Shown in pieces: positions 25,780 to 34,202 of a stretch of 64,000 bases of DNA. Numbering within the stretch: position 1 is the first letter of the stretch; each line of letters starts with the position of its first letter. A program made the position numbers and the translations under genes. The notes below the pieces were generated by a model, which saw nothing but the letters and a program-made list of their open reading frames with translations, made no database searches and had not been told where the DNA came from. This DNA comes from Candidatus Poseidoniales archaeon (lineage in GTDB: Archaea; Thermoplasmatota; Poseidoniia; Poseidoniales; Poseidoniaceae): contig QQSK01000009.1 in assembly GCA_003602415.1 (NCBI GenBank), positions 3,891 to 67,890 of the forward strand. The letters are read 5' to 3'.

Positions 25780-26931
25780 TCAGAAGAGGTCGTCGTCTTC
25801 CTCTTCAATTTCAAATAAGTCATCATTAGTTTCCTCTTTCTTCTCTGCCTTTTTGGCTGGAGCCTTCTTTTTGGGCTCTTCGACCTTTTCTTCTTTCTTG
25901 GCAGGTTCTGGAGGTTGGGACTTAGCAAGTGCATCCTTGGCACGAGCAGCAGCGATTTCTGCTTCTCTAGCAGCCATTTCTTCAGGAGAGATATTGGCTT
26001 GAGCAGCCAATGCCTTTCTACGGTCTTCTCTAGCCTTTCTTTCGAGTTGACGGTGTCTTGCTCTCTCAATATTTTGAACCATGTACATTGCATCATGTTC
26101 TAGCAGCGGTGAATCTGAAATCAGTGTCATATCCAACCATGCACCCTCTTCGATAATAAATTCAGCAAGAGGCTCGAAATTCAAATCAGATTTCTTGATT
26201 TGAGTATAATGCATTGCATTACCCATTCTGTGTTCTACTCCAGAGAAGTGACAATAGAATTCCTTAGTTCCAATAGTTTCTCTAACCTGGTCAAACAATT
26301 CTCCATAATCTTCTGAAGTTCGAAGTCTGCCGTGTCCACGAGCATGTATGTGTGCCAAATTGAGAACAGGAATTGTTCCTTCAACGTGATTTACCACCTC
26401 AAGAACTTCCTCTAAACTACCCCACAGTTCCTGTCTTCCACTTGTTTCTACACCGATTTTAGAAGGAGTACCTTCTTTCAACCAAGGAAATACTGGATAG
26501 ATATCTTCATCGTCATTCCAAATGTCATGAATCCTTTGGACAATTCCTTTGAAAACGCTGGCGACTTGTGAATTTGCTTCTTGGCCACGGCTCATGTCTC
26601 CATAATGGCCAGCGTGAAGAGTAACATGTCTCGCATTGATTGTTTTCGCAGCTTGTAGAGCCGCTTCAATCTTAGCGAGACTACGGTTTCTTTGTAGTCT
26701 ATCACCCAATAACTCGGAATAGTATGGTCCGTGAATGTTCATCTCGAATCCAGTCTTGTGTGCAAGCACTCCTGCTTGCCAATATTGTTCGAAGTGCTGA
26801 GGGGCTACCATTCGCACGGTTTGTACTTCCATAGTCTCTAACCCTAGAGATATAATATCGTCCATACCTTCGACGATTGTACGTCCCTTACATGATAGTG
26901 GTACTCCCGCTGGACCTAACTTTACTGGCAT
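25780..26931 (-). CDS. Archaeal endonuclease IV-like TIM-barrel protein (AP endonuclease family 2) with a charged C-terminal tail
   Basis: HGPYY, VTLHAG, GVETSGRQELWGSLEE, NLAHIHAR, HFSGVE, H and ISDSP. Start assigned to ATG 26931 (MPVKLGPAG); the ORF-track start at 27066 overlaps ribB. Confidence 0.8.
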   Translation of the reverse strand: MPVKLGPAGVPLSCKGRTIVEGMDDIISLGLETMEVQTVRMVAPQHFEQYWQAGVLAHKTGFEMNIHGPYYSELLGDRLQRNRSLAKIEAALQAAKTINARHVTLHAGHYGDMSRGQEANSQVASVFKGIVQRIHDIWNDDEDIYPVFPWLKEGTPSKIGVETSGRQELWGSLEEVLEVVNHVEGTIPVLNLAHIHARGHGRLRTSEDYGELFDQVRETIGTKEFYCHFSGVEHRMGNAMHYTQIKKSDLNFEPLAEFIIEEGAWLDMTLISDSPLLEHDAMYMVQNIERARHRQLERKAREDRRKALAAQANISPEEMAAREAEIAAARAKDALAKSQPPEPAKKEEKVEEPKKKAPAKKAEKKEETNDDLFEIEEEDDDLF

Positions 26932-27054
26932 AACCCACTCCCCGCAGAACAGGCCGAAGGGCTGTCCTATGTTAACCCCTTTCCGTAAAGTGACCAAAAA
27001 TCGTATCGATTTTGAAGGGGTTGGGTTCATTTGAGAGTACCCAGCCCGCGAATC

Positions 27055-27750
27055 ATGGAGCCACATGTTGAGGCTGCGGTGGAAGCTTTCCGCGCAGGTA
27101 AACCTGTTTGCTTGTTTGATGCCGAAAACAGGGAAGGCGAAACCGATTTGTTATTCCCTGGTCAATGTGCGACAGCGGCCACAATGAGGCAATTAAGATT
27201 CGATTGTGGAGGATTACTATTTTTAGCGATAGGACATGAAGTTGGAGAAAGATTTTCTTTGCCATATCTTCAAGATCTTCATATGGATTCTAGATTGATG
27301 GCAGATTATCCTGTATTGAAAGAATTGCAAACCAATGATTTGCAATATGATGCTCGCTCAGCGTTTACTCTTTCACTGAATCACAGAGATACGTTCACAG
27401 GAATTACCGACCGAGACAGAGCATTGACCACCAAAAGATTTGCAGAACTATATTCTGAACTTAGCGAGGATGACAATGCTATGAAGAAATTGGGTGATGA
27501 GTTCAGAACACCAGGCCACATTCCAGTTTGCCGAGAAGCAGAAGGTGGATTATCCAGAAGGCAGGGACACACAGAATTAGCGGTAGGTCTTGCAAGGCTT
27601 TCTGGTATGACCCCGGTTGTTATTGGCGCTGAAATGCTACAACCTGACGGAGACCTTGCCCTACCGGTAGCTGATGCTAGAGATTGGGCGGCACAGAGAA
27701 ATATTCCTTTCCTAACCGGAGAAGAGTTGATTTCAGCCTTAGAGATTTGA
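27055..27750 (+). CDS. ribB: 3,4-dihydroxy-2-butanone-4-phosphate synthase
   Basis: FDAENREGETDL, TGITDRDRALT, FRTPGHI and RRQGHTE. Start is probably ATG 27055. Confidence 0.93.
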   Translation: MEPHVEAAVEAFRAGKPVCLFDAENREGETDLLFPGQCATAATMRQLRFDCGGLLFLAIGHEVGERFSLPYLQDLHMDSRLMADYPVLKELQTNDLQYDARSAFTLSLNHRDTFTGITDRDRALTTKRFAELYSELSEDDNAMKKLGDEFRTPGHIPVCREAEGGLSRRQGHTELAVGLARLSGMTPVVIGAEMLQPDGDLALPVADARDWAAQRNIPFLTGEELISALEI

Positions 27751-27778
27751 TTTAGTAATTTGAAACGGAGTTGATTGT

Positions 27779-28219
27779 TTGACAAGAGTCATGGCAGTAG
27801 GAGTATTCGATCTGTTACACGCAGGTCATCTTCATTACATGGAACAAGCCAAATCGCTCGGTGATCACCTTGTTGTGGTTGTGGCACACGACGATACAGT
27901 AAGAAAGCGAAAACATGAACCTGTCACAGGTCAAGATTTGCGACGTAGAATGGTTGAAGGTCTGAAACCAGTGGATGAAGCGGTTATTGGTAACCCTCCA
28001 GATGTACCCATTTTCGATATTCTTCCTAAAGTAAATCCCGATATAATTGCATTAGGATACGACCAAGAACATGCTGAAGAGAGAATACGCTCTTCTTTAA
28101 GCGACAGAGGATTAGGTCATATCAAGGTTGTAAGAGTTGAAGGCTTATCCGATGACTTAGATGGCACTAGGAAAATTATTGCTAGAATTCTAGAATTATC
28201 CAATCAACAAAGAGAATGA
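27779..28219 (+). CDS. ribL: Archaeal FAD synthase (cytidylyltransferase superfamily)
   Basis: VMAVGVFDLLHAGHLHY, VVAHD, VDEAVIG and PDIIALGYDQ, located inside the riboflavin operon. Confidence 0.88.
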   Translation: MTRVMAVGVFDLLHAGHLHYMEQAKSLGDHLVVVVAHDDTVRKRKHEPVTGQDLRRRMVEGLKPVDEAVIGNPPDVPIFDILPKVNPDIIALGYDQEHAEERIRSSLSDRGLGHIKVVRVEGLSDDLDGTRKIIARILELSNQQRE

Positions 28220-28229
28220 GGCGTTTTTG

Positions 28230-28835
28230 ATGTTTACAGGAATTGTCGCTGGAACGGGCAGAATTGTCAGTATTTCGGGTGATGATGTAATCAGATTGGT
28301 AATCGATTTCTCGATGGTCTCAACAAAGGGATTAGAGACTGGTGCCTCGGTTTCAGTCGATGGCGTATGTCTTACAGTCGTGGAAATCAATTCACCTAAA
28401 ATCTCATTCGACGTAATCCCTGAGACATTGAGGCTTACTACCTTAGGCGAAAAAATCGAAGGACATTGGGTAAATCTCGAGAGGGCTTTGAAGATGGGAG
28501 ACGAACTGGGAGGACACCTTCTTTCAGGCCACATAATGGGGGTTGGGGAGATTGTTGGAAGAACAGAAGGAGAAGACCACCTAGACCTTCTAATCGATTG
28601 CCCTAGCGACATGATGAAATTTGTTCAGGAGAAAGGGTACTTAGCAATCGACGGTATTTCTTTGACGGTTGGCAAAGTTGATGATGGTGGTTTTGCTTTA
28701 CATTTGATTCCTGAAACATTGGCTTTGACAACTATCGGTGGCAAGCAACTGGGAGAACATGTGAATATCGAAGTTGATTCAATGACTCAAACCATTGTAT
28801 CAACAGTTGAGAGAATTTTGGAGGAGAGATTATGA
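28230..28835 (+). CDS. ribE: Riboflavin synthase, bacterial alpha-chain type
   Basis: Canonical MFTGIV start (ATG 28230), GASVSVDGVCLTV, VNLERAL, GGHLLSGH, KGYLAIDGISLTV and VNIEVD. Confidence 0.95.
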   Translation: MFTGIVAGTGRIVSISGDDVIRLVIDFSMVSTKGLETGASVSVDGVCLTVVEINSPKISFDVIPETLRLTTLGEKIEGHWVNLERALKMGDELGGHLLSGHIMGVGEIVGRTEGEDHLDLLIDCPSDMMKFVQEKGYLAIDGISLTVGKVDDGGFALHLIPETLALTTIGGKQLGEHVNIEVDSMTQTIVSTVERILEERL

Positions 28836-29227
28836 CAAATATTGCAATTGTCTGTGGAAGTTATCACAAAGAAGAGATTGAGACTATGCTTAATTTTGCT
28901 AGAGACCAGTCTTCAAAGGAGAGCCTAGAAATTACTGAGGTAGTTTGGGTGCCAGGTGCAATGGAAGTTCCTCTTGCATTGTCAAGATTAATCCAGAGAG
29001 ATGATATTCATGGTGCAGCCTGTTTGGGCATTATTGAGAAAGGAAGCACACAACACGGTTTAGCGATGGGTCAGGCAGTTCTTCGTTCGATCATTGATTT
29101 GCAATTGAAAACCAACAAGCCTATCGGTTTGGGAATTATAGGTCCTGGTGCTGAACCAGAACACATTACTCCAAGAATGGAACCTCATGCTAGAGCGGCT
29201 ATTTCTGCAATATCTTCCATGCTCTAG
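28832..29227 (+). CDS. ribH: 6,7-dimethyl-8-ribityllumazine synthase, archaeal type
   Basis: VPGAMEVPLA, GIIEKGSTQH and KPIGLGIIGPG (archaeal-type GPG motif). Confidence 0.9.
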   Translation: MTNIAIVCGSYHKEEIETMLNFARDQSSKESLEITEVVWVPGAMEVPLALSRLIQRDDIHGAACLGIIEKGSTQHGLAMGQAVLRSIIDLQLKTNKPIGLGIIGPGAEPEHITPRMEPHARAAISAISSML

Positions 29228-29741
29228 GCCTGATGAGAATATGATTTTCTCTTTTCAAAATCACCCACCAAATACCTAGCAGTACAAACAATTGTGGGAA
29301 CCATAACCACCACGTACTCCATCTAACCCCATCGAACATAAAATCACTAAATGGGTGTAAAAACGGGGTCGGGAAAAACCGAATAGTGTGACCTGGTATG
29401 TCTATCAATATGTGGAACAACCAAGGTAAAACGAAAATCCAAGCTTTGTATCCTGGTTTTTCAACCCCTTTGGATTTGAAAAAATAATACCCGCAGCAAT
29501 ACAAAAAGCCAACAATTGCAAACGAATGAGTCCACTGATAAATTTCCCAAGCCACTGGCATATCAGATGTTACTGTACTGTCGTCTACGCTTACTCTAGG
29601 AATTCCGTATATCATTCTGTAAATAGAAGCCGGAATAAATGCTAGTAAATCAGGGAGAACACTCATTGGTCCACTGACTTTCCAAGAGATCTTTCCTCTG
29701 GTCAATGCCATTCCCCAAAGCCAATGAGAAAATACGTCCAT
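29199..29741 (-). CDS. Membrane protein, YdjM/metal-dependent hydrolase-like
   Basis: MDVFSH..., LPD, THS and HILIDIPGH motifs with several TM segments. Confidence 0.65.
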   Translation of the reverse strand: MDVFSHWLWGMALTRGKISWKVSGPMSVLPDLLAFIPASIYRMIYGIPRVSVDDSTVTSDMPVAWEIYQWTHSFAIVGFLYCCGYYFFKSKGVEKPGYKAWIFVLPWLFHILIDIPGHTIRFFPTPFLHPFSDFMFDGVRWSTWWLWFPQLFVLLGIWWVILKRENHILIRPRAWKILQK

Positions 29742-29815
29742 ATGCCTTGGAATCTAACTATACTCATGAATGTTGAGAGAAAATGTTCAAGGAGGTTATC
29801 GCCTTGGAAGAGAGC

Positions 29816-30748
29816 ATGAGCGACGGCGTACGCAATGTAATTATCATCGGAAGTGGACCTGCAGGCTATACTGCGGGCTTGTATACTTCAAGAGCAATGT
29901 TAGAGCCGTTGATGTTTGCAGGTTACATGTCTGGGGGCCAACTAATGTTAACCAGCGATATTGAAAACTTCCCCGGATATCCTCAAGGAATCGGTGGACC
30001 TGAAATGATGATGCAACTCAGAGAGCAAGCCGAGAGATTTGGTTTGGAGGTCCAAGACCGAAATGTGGACAGAGTAGATTTGTCTGAAAGGCCATTCAAA
30101 GTTTATTCTGAAGGTGACGAATATCTAACCCATTCAATAATTGTGTCAACAGGAGCAGAATCCATTTGGCTTGGCGCAGAAGGAGAAGAGGAACAGAAAG
30201 GAAGAGGCATCTCAACTTGTGCTACCTGTGATGGGGCATTTTTCAGAGAACAAGAGATCATGGTCGTAGGCGGCGGAGACTCAGCTATGGAAGAGGCAAC
30301 CTTCCTTACAAGATTCGCATCAAAGGTAACCCTTGTTCACCGCAGAGACGTTTTCAGAGCATCCCAAGTAATGTATGATAGAGCAGCAAATCATGAAAAA
30401 ATAGAGATCAAGACATTTAGACAAGTCAAGAAATGGTTGTCGGATGATTCGGGCCTATCTGGTGCAGTATTAGAAGATCCAAGAGATGGCTCAACCGAAG
30501 AGATTGCAGTTACAGGAGCGTTTATTGCAATTGGACACACGCCAATTACAGGCTTCTTGGAAGGTCAGTTAGAAACCGATGATGAAGGATATCTGATTCA
30601 CAAAGAACACACAATGACAAGCATTCCAGGAGTATTTGCAGCAGGAGATGTAGTCGATACAAGATACAAGCAAGCAATTACAGCAGCAGGATTAGGATGT
30701 CAAGCAGCAATCGATTGTGAGCGATGGTTAGAGGATAACGTTCATTGA
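29816..30748 (+). CDS. trxB: Thioredoxin-disulfide reductase
   Basis: GSGPAGYTA, GGQL, CATCDG, GGGDSAMEEA and GVFAAGDV. The start could also be 29783 or 29804. Confidence 0.96.
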   Translation: MSDGVRNVIIIGSGPAGYTAGLYTSRAMLEPLMFAGYMSGGQLMLTSDIENFPGYPQGIGGPEMMMQLREQAERFGLEVQDRNVDRVDLSERPFKVYSEGDEYLTHSIIVSTGAESIWLGAEGEEEQKGRGISTCATCDGAFFREQEIMVVGGGDSAMEEATFLTRFASKVTLVHRRDVFRASQVMYDRAANHEKIEIKTFRQVKKWLSDDSGLSGAVLEDPRDGSTEEIAVTGAFIAIGHTPITGFLEGQLETDDEGYLIHKEHTMTSIPGVFAAGDVVDTRYKQAITAAGLGCQAAIDCERWLEDNVH

Positions 30749-30757
30749 GGCATACCG

Positions 30758-31843
30758 ATGGTCAATCTTGAACGCCATTCCAGGCATGTATTGTTACCAC
30801 AAGTCGGTGCTGAAGGGCAGCGAAAGATTTCTGAGAGTCGAATTCTTTGTATTGGAGCAGGAGGCTTAGGTAGTCCAATTATTCAATATCTAGCAGCTGC
30901 AGGAATTGGTCACATTACAATAGTAGATGATGATACTGTGGATATCTCTAATCTACAAAGACAAACAATTCACCGCACTTCAGATATTGGAACTCCAAAA
31001 GCTGAGTCTGCAAAACGATTCGTAAATGATTTAGATCCAAATATCTCTGTCGAATCATTTGTTCAAAGAATCAGTGATGAAAATGCCTCTGAAATATTTG
31101 CTGGACACAATATTATCATCGATGGCACCGACAATATTCCCACTCGATATTTGATAGATGACACTTGTAAGAAATTAGGAATTACATGGATATATGGCTC
31201 GGTATATAGATTTGAAGGACAAGTGTCAGTATTCAATTTTAACAATGGTCCAACCTATCGAGACTTGTTTCCAGACCCACCTCCTGAACATTTGATTCCA
31301 TCATGTTCGGAAGCTGGTGTATTAGGCGTTTTACCTGGTTTAATTGGGTGCTTACAAGTAACTGAAGCGATCAAAATTATTGTTGGAATAGGGGAGCCTC
31401 TTTCTGGTAGATTGCTGATTTATGATTCTCTAGAATCAACTCAAAGAATCTTGAAATTTGGTTCAACGAACAATGAACATGTTCAAGAGCCAAACCCTTC
31501 CCATCAAGAAACAATGTTCCAAGCAGTGGATTCCGCACAAGCAATTGCTAAGATGAATGATGGCTGGGAACCATATTTTATCGATGTACGTTCAATGGCT
31601 GAATGGCAGCAAGCAAGAATTGCTTCTGCCGAGTATGTCTGTCCACACGATGAGATATTATCTGCTGTGGATAAGATTCCAAAAGATTCTGATGTTCTAG
31701 TTCATTGCCGTTCAGGCATGAGGTCTGAACTGGCGATAATGCAATTGATCCAAGCTGGATTCAATGGTGAAAGACTGTTTAATCTGAAAGGTGGCATTAT
31801 TGGATGGGCAGAATCCAAACCTGAGGATATAATTCAGGGTTGA
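30758..31843 (+). CDS. moeB: MoeB/ThiF adenylyltransferase fused to a rhodanese domain (MoeZ-like)
   Basis: RHSRHVLLPQVG..GQ, GAGGLGS, VDISNLQRQ, DGTDN and CSEAGVLG, with C-terminal rhodanese HCRSGMRS. Confidence 0.92.
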   Translation: MVNLERHSRHVLLPQVGAEGQRKISESRILCIGAGGLGSPIIQYLAAAGIGHITIVDDDTVDISNLQRQTIHRTSDIGTPKAESAKRFVNDLDPNISVESFVQRISDENASEIFAGHNIIIDGTDNIPTRYLIDDTCKKLGITWIYGSVYRFEGQVSVFNFNNGPTYRDLFPDPPPEHLIPSCSEAGVLGVLPGLIGCLQVTEAIKIIVGIGEPLSGRLLIYDSLESTQRILKFGSTNNEHVQEPNPSHQETMFQAVDSAQAIAKMNDGWEPYFIDVRSMAEWQQARIASAEYVCPHDEILSAVDKIPKDSDVLVHCRSGMRSELAIMQLIQAGFNGERLFNLKGGIIGWAESKPEDIIQG

Positions 31844-31895
31844 ATCAGCATAAAGTGGGTCAACCTTCAAGTTGCTTCTAGTTGGGCAATGGTTT

Positions 31896-32945
31896 GTGCC
31901 GAAACTCATCGTAGCCGACGAGAACGAAGGCCGGCGTAACCTTCTAGCCGGTACTTTGGAACGTTCAGGTTACGATGTTACAAGGGCGGGGACTCTTCGG
32001 CAAGCGGAAGGTACAGCACTTGCCACGATGCCTGAAGTGGTTCTAATCGATGGTGAATGGCGCTCAGGAGATGCAATAGATGCTTCTCAGAGATTGATGT
32101 CTGACCCTGAATTTGCTTTCAAGTGTCGAATAGTTATCCTCTCACGCAATGTTAGCGAAGAATATCTAGTATCGGCAGCTAGGGCTGGAATCTGTGAAGT
32201 AATTTCCAAACCAGTGGATATGAACAAACTACTTGCACAATTGGAAAAACATTCCAAGAAACAATTTGTTCCACCTCCTGCAGAAGTTTCAGATGCCACT
32301 GGTACAGGAAAAGGCGGAACATTCGATGTTTCTATGGTAATGAGTGATGGAAAATGGGCATTACCAATGTTGAAAGGAATCGTCACTCCTGAAAAAATAA
32401 ATGTGGATTTCATTAATGAGATTTTGATTCAGTTAGGTGAAGAGGGAATAGATGTCGATGAAGGCTTAGACCCTTCATTGATGTCAAACATGTTGCGTGT
32501 TGCTCTGAATAGTATTGTTGGAGATATGGATTCATCTTCTCCACAACCTACAGATGGGGTCGCAGGTGCATCTTTACCTAGCGCAAAAAAGAGTGCTAAA
32601 CTTGGTTCTAAAGCCAAAGCAAGTAAAATTGGAGGCGGTTCAATGGAAGACATTCTCCAAAATCAAGCCGATGGAATCGCTGATGATATAGAAGGCATCA
32701 TGGATGATATACTCGATGAAAAGCCAGATTTAATCGCAATTCTGCCTAACCATGAACAGGTAGTAATCGATCCTGAAGTTCTCAAATTTACTAGATTAGT
32801 TACTGAAACTGCTCATGAATTAATGTGGGATATCGGTAGACCAGGTAATGTTGAAGACATCACTTTGAGAACTAGAATTGAAGATGTAACAGAAATGTTA
32901 GGTGATGTTTTATCCTCTCTGCCAGAAAGTGGTGAAGAAGAATGA
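31896..32945 (+). CDS. Response-regulator receiver domain protein with an uncharacterised acidic C-terminal region
   Basis: LIVADE, VVLID (phospho-acceptor position), ILS and ISKPV. Start is probably GTG 31896. Confidence 0.75.
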   Translation: MPKLIVADENEGRRNLLAGTLERSGYDVTRAGTLRQAEGTALATMPEVVLIDGEWRSGDAIDASQRLMSDPEFAFKCRIVILSRNVSEEYLVSAARAGICEVISKPVDMNKLLAQLEKHSKKQFVPPPAEVSDATGTGKGGTFDVSMVMSDGKWALPMLKGIVTPEKINVDFINEILIQLGEEGIDVDEGLDPSLMSNMLRVALNSIVGDMDSSSPQPTDGVAGASLPSAKKSAKLGSKAKASKIGGGSMEDILQNQADGIADDIEGIMDDILDEKPDLIAILPNHEQVVIDPEVLKFTRLVTETAHELMWDIGRPGNVEDITLRTRIEDVTEMLGDVLSSLPESGEEE

Positions 32946-34195
32946 ATGAGAATGAAAAGAAATGGGCTTTTTGGGCTTTATCTTGTGCGTTTTTAGTTGA
33001 TTTTTTGGGTTATGCATTCATTGTCCCCATTCTACCTTCATGGAAAGCTGAGTTTTCGTTATCAAATACTGAAGCAACAGCGCTTGTCTCTCTGTGGGCA
33101 GTGCCTCTTTTCTTACTTGGTCCTAAAACCGGTAGGCTGACTGACAGATTAGGGGCTGGTAGGACAATTTTGTTTTCACTATGTTGTCTTACAGTCGCCT
33201 CTTTACTATATCTTGCAGCAATGGAAGTAACATTTGTAGACGGTTTCATCGTACTTTCACTTGCTAGATTGATTCATGGTGCCTCTGGAGCAGCGATTTT
33301 AACTGCGGGATTTGCTGCAGCAAGCGACATTTGGCCGACTAATTTTGGAGAAGTATCTGGTAAATTAATTGCAATGGCAACCATTGGAGGCTTACTTGGT
33401 CCTGTTATTGGAGGAGTTGCTTACACAATCGGGCCAGAATATGCTTTCATAGGGCTTTCAATAATCACTGCCTTAATCATACCACTGGTTTATGTCACAA
33501 CCAAAGAACTTGGAGTTGGTGGGGAGCCTGCTCAAGGTTCGGTTCCTCTGAAAGTGTTCATCGAAAACCCTGTCTTATTCAGAATAGGACTATTGGTTAT
33601 GATGACAACTTTAGCCACTGGTGCATTAGAAGCTGGAATTCCTTTGTTCCTAGAAGACAATCTTGGATTAAATGCTGCTTGGATTGGTGCAGTTCTATTG
33701 GTAATGGTAGTCGCTCAAGGTCTTGGAGGATGGATCTGGGGTGCATTGGTCGACAAAAATGGACCCGTCAAATACATGGTACTTGGTTGGTATATCGTTA
33801 CTGCTGCTATGCTTGCAGCAGGATATGTTGCTCATTCAATTAGCGATACTGTTCTAGCAGCATATTGCATAATTGTAATTCTTGGAATTTTCCAGTTTGC
33901 GATATCAGCGGCCCAGGTTCCTATGCTCCCTATGGTCGATACTGCAACTTCGCAAGTTTATGGAGAGGGTGGAGCAGGTCTTGCGTTCGGAGCATTTGGC
34001 ACCGCTTGGGCTGCTGGAACGATTATTGGCCCAATGGTCATTGGCCCGGTATACGATTATACTGGGTCTTGGGGAATTACGCTTGGTATACTTGCTATAC
34101 CGATGTTTATTGGTCTGATTATTACACTAAAGAATAGGGAATTGTTAGCCGATTGCTATAATTCAGAGATGTCTAAACGCTTAGAATCCGAATAA
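32942..34195 (+). CDS. MFS transporter
   Basis: About 12 TM segments, motif A GRLTDRLGAGR, ARLIHG. Confidence 0.9.
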   Translation: MNENEKKWAFWALSCAFLVDFLGYAFIVPILPSWKAEFSLSNTEATALVSLWAVPLFLLGPKTGRLTDRLGAGRTILFSLCCLTVASLLYLAAMEVTFVDGFIVLSLARLIHGASGAAILTAGFAAASDIWPTNFGEVSGKLIAMATIGGLLGPVIGGVAYTIGPEYAFIGLSIITALIIPLVYVTTKELGVGGEPAQGSVPLKVFIENPVLFRIGLLVMMTTLATGALEAGIPLFLEDNLGLNAAWIGAVLLVMVVAQGLGGWIWGALVDKNGPVKYMVLGWYIVTAAMLAAGYVAHSISDTVLAAYCIIVILGIFQFAISAAQVPMLPMVDTATSQVYGEGGAGLAFGAFGTAWAAGTIIGPMVIGPVYDYTGSWGITLGILAIPMFIGLIITLKNRELLADCYNSEMSKRLESE

Positions 34196-34202
34196 TGTCT
34201 CA

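Noticed and set aside
26932-27054. FMN riboswitch upstream of ribB
   Set aside because: The region is too short and the conserved FMN-aptamer segments are not visible.
25780-27066. 428-aa version of the endonuclease IV-like ORF overlapping ribB
   Set aside because: The first 45 codons cross the divergent promoter and the ribB start. Homology-like sequence begins at ATG 26931.
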